Shown: positions 61,801-64,000 of the stretch, piece by piece
How the letters are laid out: every line of letters starts with the position of its first letter
Numbering within the stretch: the stretch's first letter is position 1
Source: Eledone cirrhosa
Lineage: Eukaryota
DNA: 64,000 nt
Direction: 5' to 3'
Assembly (NCBI GenBank): GCA_964016885.1
Contig: OZ024745.1
Coordinates: 61,070,001-61,134,000 of the forward strand
Notes under the pieces: generated by a model
Databases searched by the model: none
What the model saw: the letters and a program-made list of their open reading frames with translations, nothing else
What the model was told of the DNA's origin: nothing
Translations under genes and position numbers: made by a program

Positions 61801-64000
61801 CTAGGACAGTTCTCCTCAGATCACCTAGGTAACTGTGGTGGTATGGCTAGGAGAGTTCTCCTCTGATCACCTAGGTAACTGTGGTTGTATGACGAGGACA
61901 GTTCTCCCCAGATCACTTATGTAACGGTGGTCGTATGGCTAGGACAGTTCTCCTCTGATCACCTAGGTAACTGTGGTGGTATGGCTAGGACAGTTCTCCT
62001 CTGATCATCTAGGTAACGGTGGTTGTATGGCTAGGACAGTTCTCCTCAGATCACCTAGGTAACTGTGGTTGTATGACTAGGACAGTTCTCCTCTGATCAC
62101 CTAGGTAACTGTGGTTGTATGGCTAGGACAGTTCTCCTCAGATCACCTTGGTAACTGTGGTTGTATGAATAGGACAGTTCACCTCTGATCACCTAGGTAA
62201 CTGTGGTTGTATGGCTAGGACAGTTCTCCTCAGATCACCTAGGTAACTGGTTGTATGGCTAGGACAGTTCTCCTCAGATCACCTAGGTAACTGTGGTTGT
62301 ATGACTAGGACAGTTCTGCTCTGATCACCTAGGTAACTGTGGTTGTATGGCTAGGACAGTTCTCCTCTGATCACCTAGGTAACTGTGGTTGTATGTCTAG
62401 GACAGTTCTCCTCAGATCACCTAGGTAACTGTGGTTGTATGGCTAGGACAGTTCTCCTCAGATCACCTAGGTAACTGTGGTTGTATGGCTAGGACAGTTC
62501 TGCTCAGATCACCTAGGTAACTGGTTGTATGGCTAGGACAGTTCTCCTCTGATCACCTAGGTAACTGTGGTTGTATGTCTAGGACAGTTCTCCTCTGATC
62601 ACCTAGGTAACTGTGGTTGTATGGCTAGGACAGTTCTCCTCAGATCACCTAGGTAACTGTGGTTGTATGTCTAGGACAGTTATCCTCTGATCACCTAGGT
62701 AACTGTGGTTGTATGTCTAGGACAGTTCTCCTCAGATCACCTAGGTAACTGTGGTTGTATGGCTAGGACAGTTCTCCTCTGATCACCTAGGTAACTGTGG
62801 TTGTATGGCTAGGACAGTTCTCCTCAGATCACTTAGGTAACTGTTGTTGTATTGCTAGGACAGTTCTCCTCTGATCACCTAGGTAACTGTGGTTGTATGT
62901 CTAGGACAGTTCTCCTCTGATCACCTAGGTAACTGTGGTTGTATGTCTAGGACAGTTCTCCTCTGATCACCTAGTTACCTGTGGTTGTATGGCTAGGACA
63001 GTTCTCCTCTGATCACCTAGGTAACTGTGGTTGTATGGCTAGGACAGTTCTCCTCAGATCACCTAGGTAACTGTTGTTGTATTGCTAGGACAGTTCTCCT
63101 CTGATCACCTAGGTAACGGTGGTTGTATGGCTAGGACAGTTCTCCCCAGATCACCTAGGTAACTGTGGTTGTATGGCTAGGACAGTTCTCCTCAGATCAC
63201 CTAGGTAACTGTTGTTGTATTGCTAGGACAGTTCTCCTCAGATCACCTAGGTAACTGTGGTTGTATTGCTAGGACAGTTCTCCTCAGATCACCTAGGTAA
63301 CTGTGGTTGTATGGCTAGGACAGTTCTCCTCAGATTACCTAGGTAACTGTGGTTGTATGGCTAGGACAGTTCTCCTCAGATCACCTAGGTAACTGTGGTG
63401 GTATGGCTAGGACAGTTCTTTTCAGATCACCTAGGTAACTGTGGTTGTATGGCTAGGACAGTTCTCCTCAGATCACCTAGGTAACTGTGGTTGTATTGCT
63501 ATGACAGTTCTCCTCTGATCACCTAGGTAACTGTGGTTGTATGGCTAGGACAGTTCTCCTCAGATCACCTAGGTAACTGTGGTGGTATGGTTAGGACAGT
63601 TCTCCTCAGATCACCTAGGTAACTGTGGTGGTATGGCTAGGACAGTTCTCCTCAGATCACCTAGTTTACTGTGGTTGTATGGCTAGGACAGTTCTCCTCA
63701 GATTATCTAGGTAACTGTGGTTGTATGGCTAGGACAGTTCTCCTCAGATCATCTAGGTAACTGTGGTTGTTTGGCTAGGACAGTTCTCCTCTGATCACCT
63801 AGGTAACTGTGGTTGTATGGCTAGGACAGTTCTCCTCAGATCACCTTGGTAACTGTGGTTATATGAATAGGACAGTTCACCTCTGATCACCTAGGTAACT
63901 GTGGTTGTATGGCTAGGACAGTTCTCCTCTGATCACCTAGGTAACTGTGGTTGTATGGCTAGGACAGTTCTCCTCAGATCACCTAGGTAACTGTGGTTGT
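52900..64000. repeat. Higher-order repeat of 3945 bp made of related 1925-bp (42-mer) and 2020-bp (44-mer) subunits; the second copy is expanded by 1058 bp (23 monomers)
   Basis: ttctgctctg at 53366/57311/62314 (offsets 3945, 5003). gtttactg at 54716/56641/58661/61644/63664. ttttcagatcacc at 54471/56396/58416/60341/60571/61399/63419 (steps 1925, 2020, 1925, 230, 828, 2020). tacgac at 55741/59686/60744. Confidence 0.88.

Larger units (their letters stand above)
1..64000. repeat. Tandem satellite/minisatellite array, 46-bp monomer, about 1,400 head-to-tail copies, extends beyond both window ends
   Basis: Positions 1-46 (tggtggtatggctaggacagttctcctcagatcacctaggtaactg) recur with period 46 to the last base. 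Most copies differ from consensus by 0-2 substitutions, with minority 41/43/44/45/47-bp length variants. No non-repeat sequence or orientation switch was seen. Confidence 0.99.

Noticed and set aside
1-64000. CRISPR array (partly palindromic repeat of similar size)
   Set aside because: Repeats abut directly with no unique spacers, leader or cas genes. The variable positions are point variants of one consensus.
1-64000. Repetitive protein-coding region on either strand
   Set aside because: The monomer contains TAG, TAG and TAA (plus TGA in the T allele) on the + strand, and TAG, TGA and TAG on the - strand. Because 46 is not a multiple of 3, every frame meets stops within 138 bp. Common indels of 2 bp also break frame.
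1-64000. Telomerase-type telomeric repeat (TG-rich TGTGGTTGTATGG resembles yeast telomere cores)
   Set aside because: The unit is longer than the telomerase repeats I know, and kilobase-scale duplications of variant patterns indicate recombinational amplification, not templated addition.
1-64000. tRNA, 5S, snRNA or spliced-leader tandem gene array
   Set aside because: The 46-bp unit is too short and shows no cloverleaf, Pol III boxes, oligo-T terminator or spacer.
1-64000. Embedded transposon, unique island or inversion of array orientation
   Set aside because: None was seen on reading through, and every line conforms to the + orientation monomer. A very short insertion could have been missed by eye.
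1-64000. Rolling-circle or synthetic concatemer artefact
   Set aside because: Hierarchically shared variants, CpG-decay-like changes and regional domains fit natural evolution better than copying of one template with random errors. Local mis-assembly remains possible.

Overview
The whole 64-kb window is one uninterrupted head-to-tail tandem array (satellite/minisatellite) of a 46-bp monomer, consensus TGGTTGTATGGCTAGGACAGTTCTCCTC[A/T]GATCACCTAGGTAACTG (about 48% GC, no CpG), roughly 1,400 copies. All copies are in one orientation and the array runs off both ends. I found no unique sequence, ORF, RNA gene, transposon or CRISPR spacer: the monomer has stop codons on both strands and its length is not a multiple of 3. 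The informative structure lies in the monomer variants. Rare diagnostic variants show nested duplications and higher-order repeats with offsets of about 0.78-0.83, 1.19, 2.11-2.16, 3.95, 5.2, 7.0 and 8.4 kb. They also show a recurring divergent cassette with two alleles, distinguished in part by two CpG-to-TpG changes, and distinct variant domains along the array. The array is most likely eukaryotic satellite DNA, but I cannot assign the organism or repeat family from the sequence. I see no evidence of a new gene-encoded system. Offsets were measured by eye from marker variants, so block boundaries are approximate.
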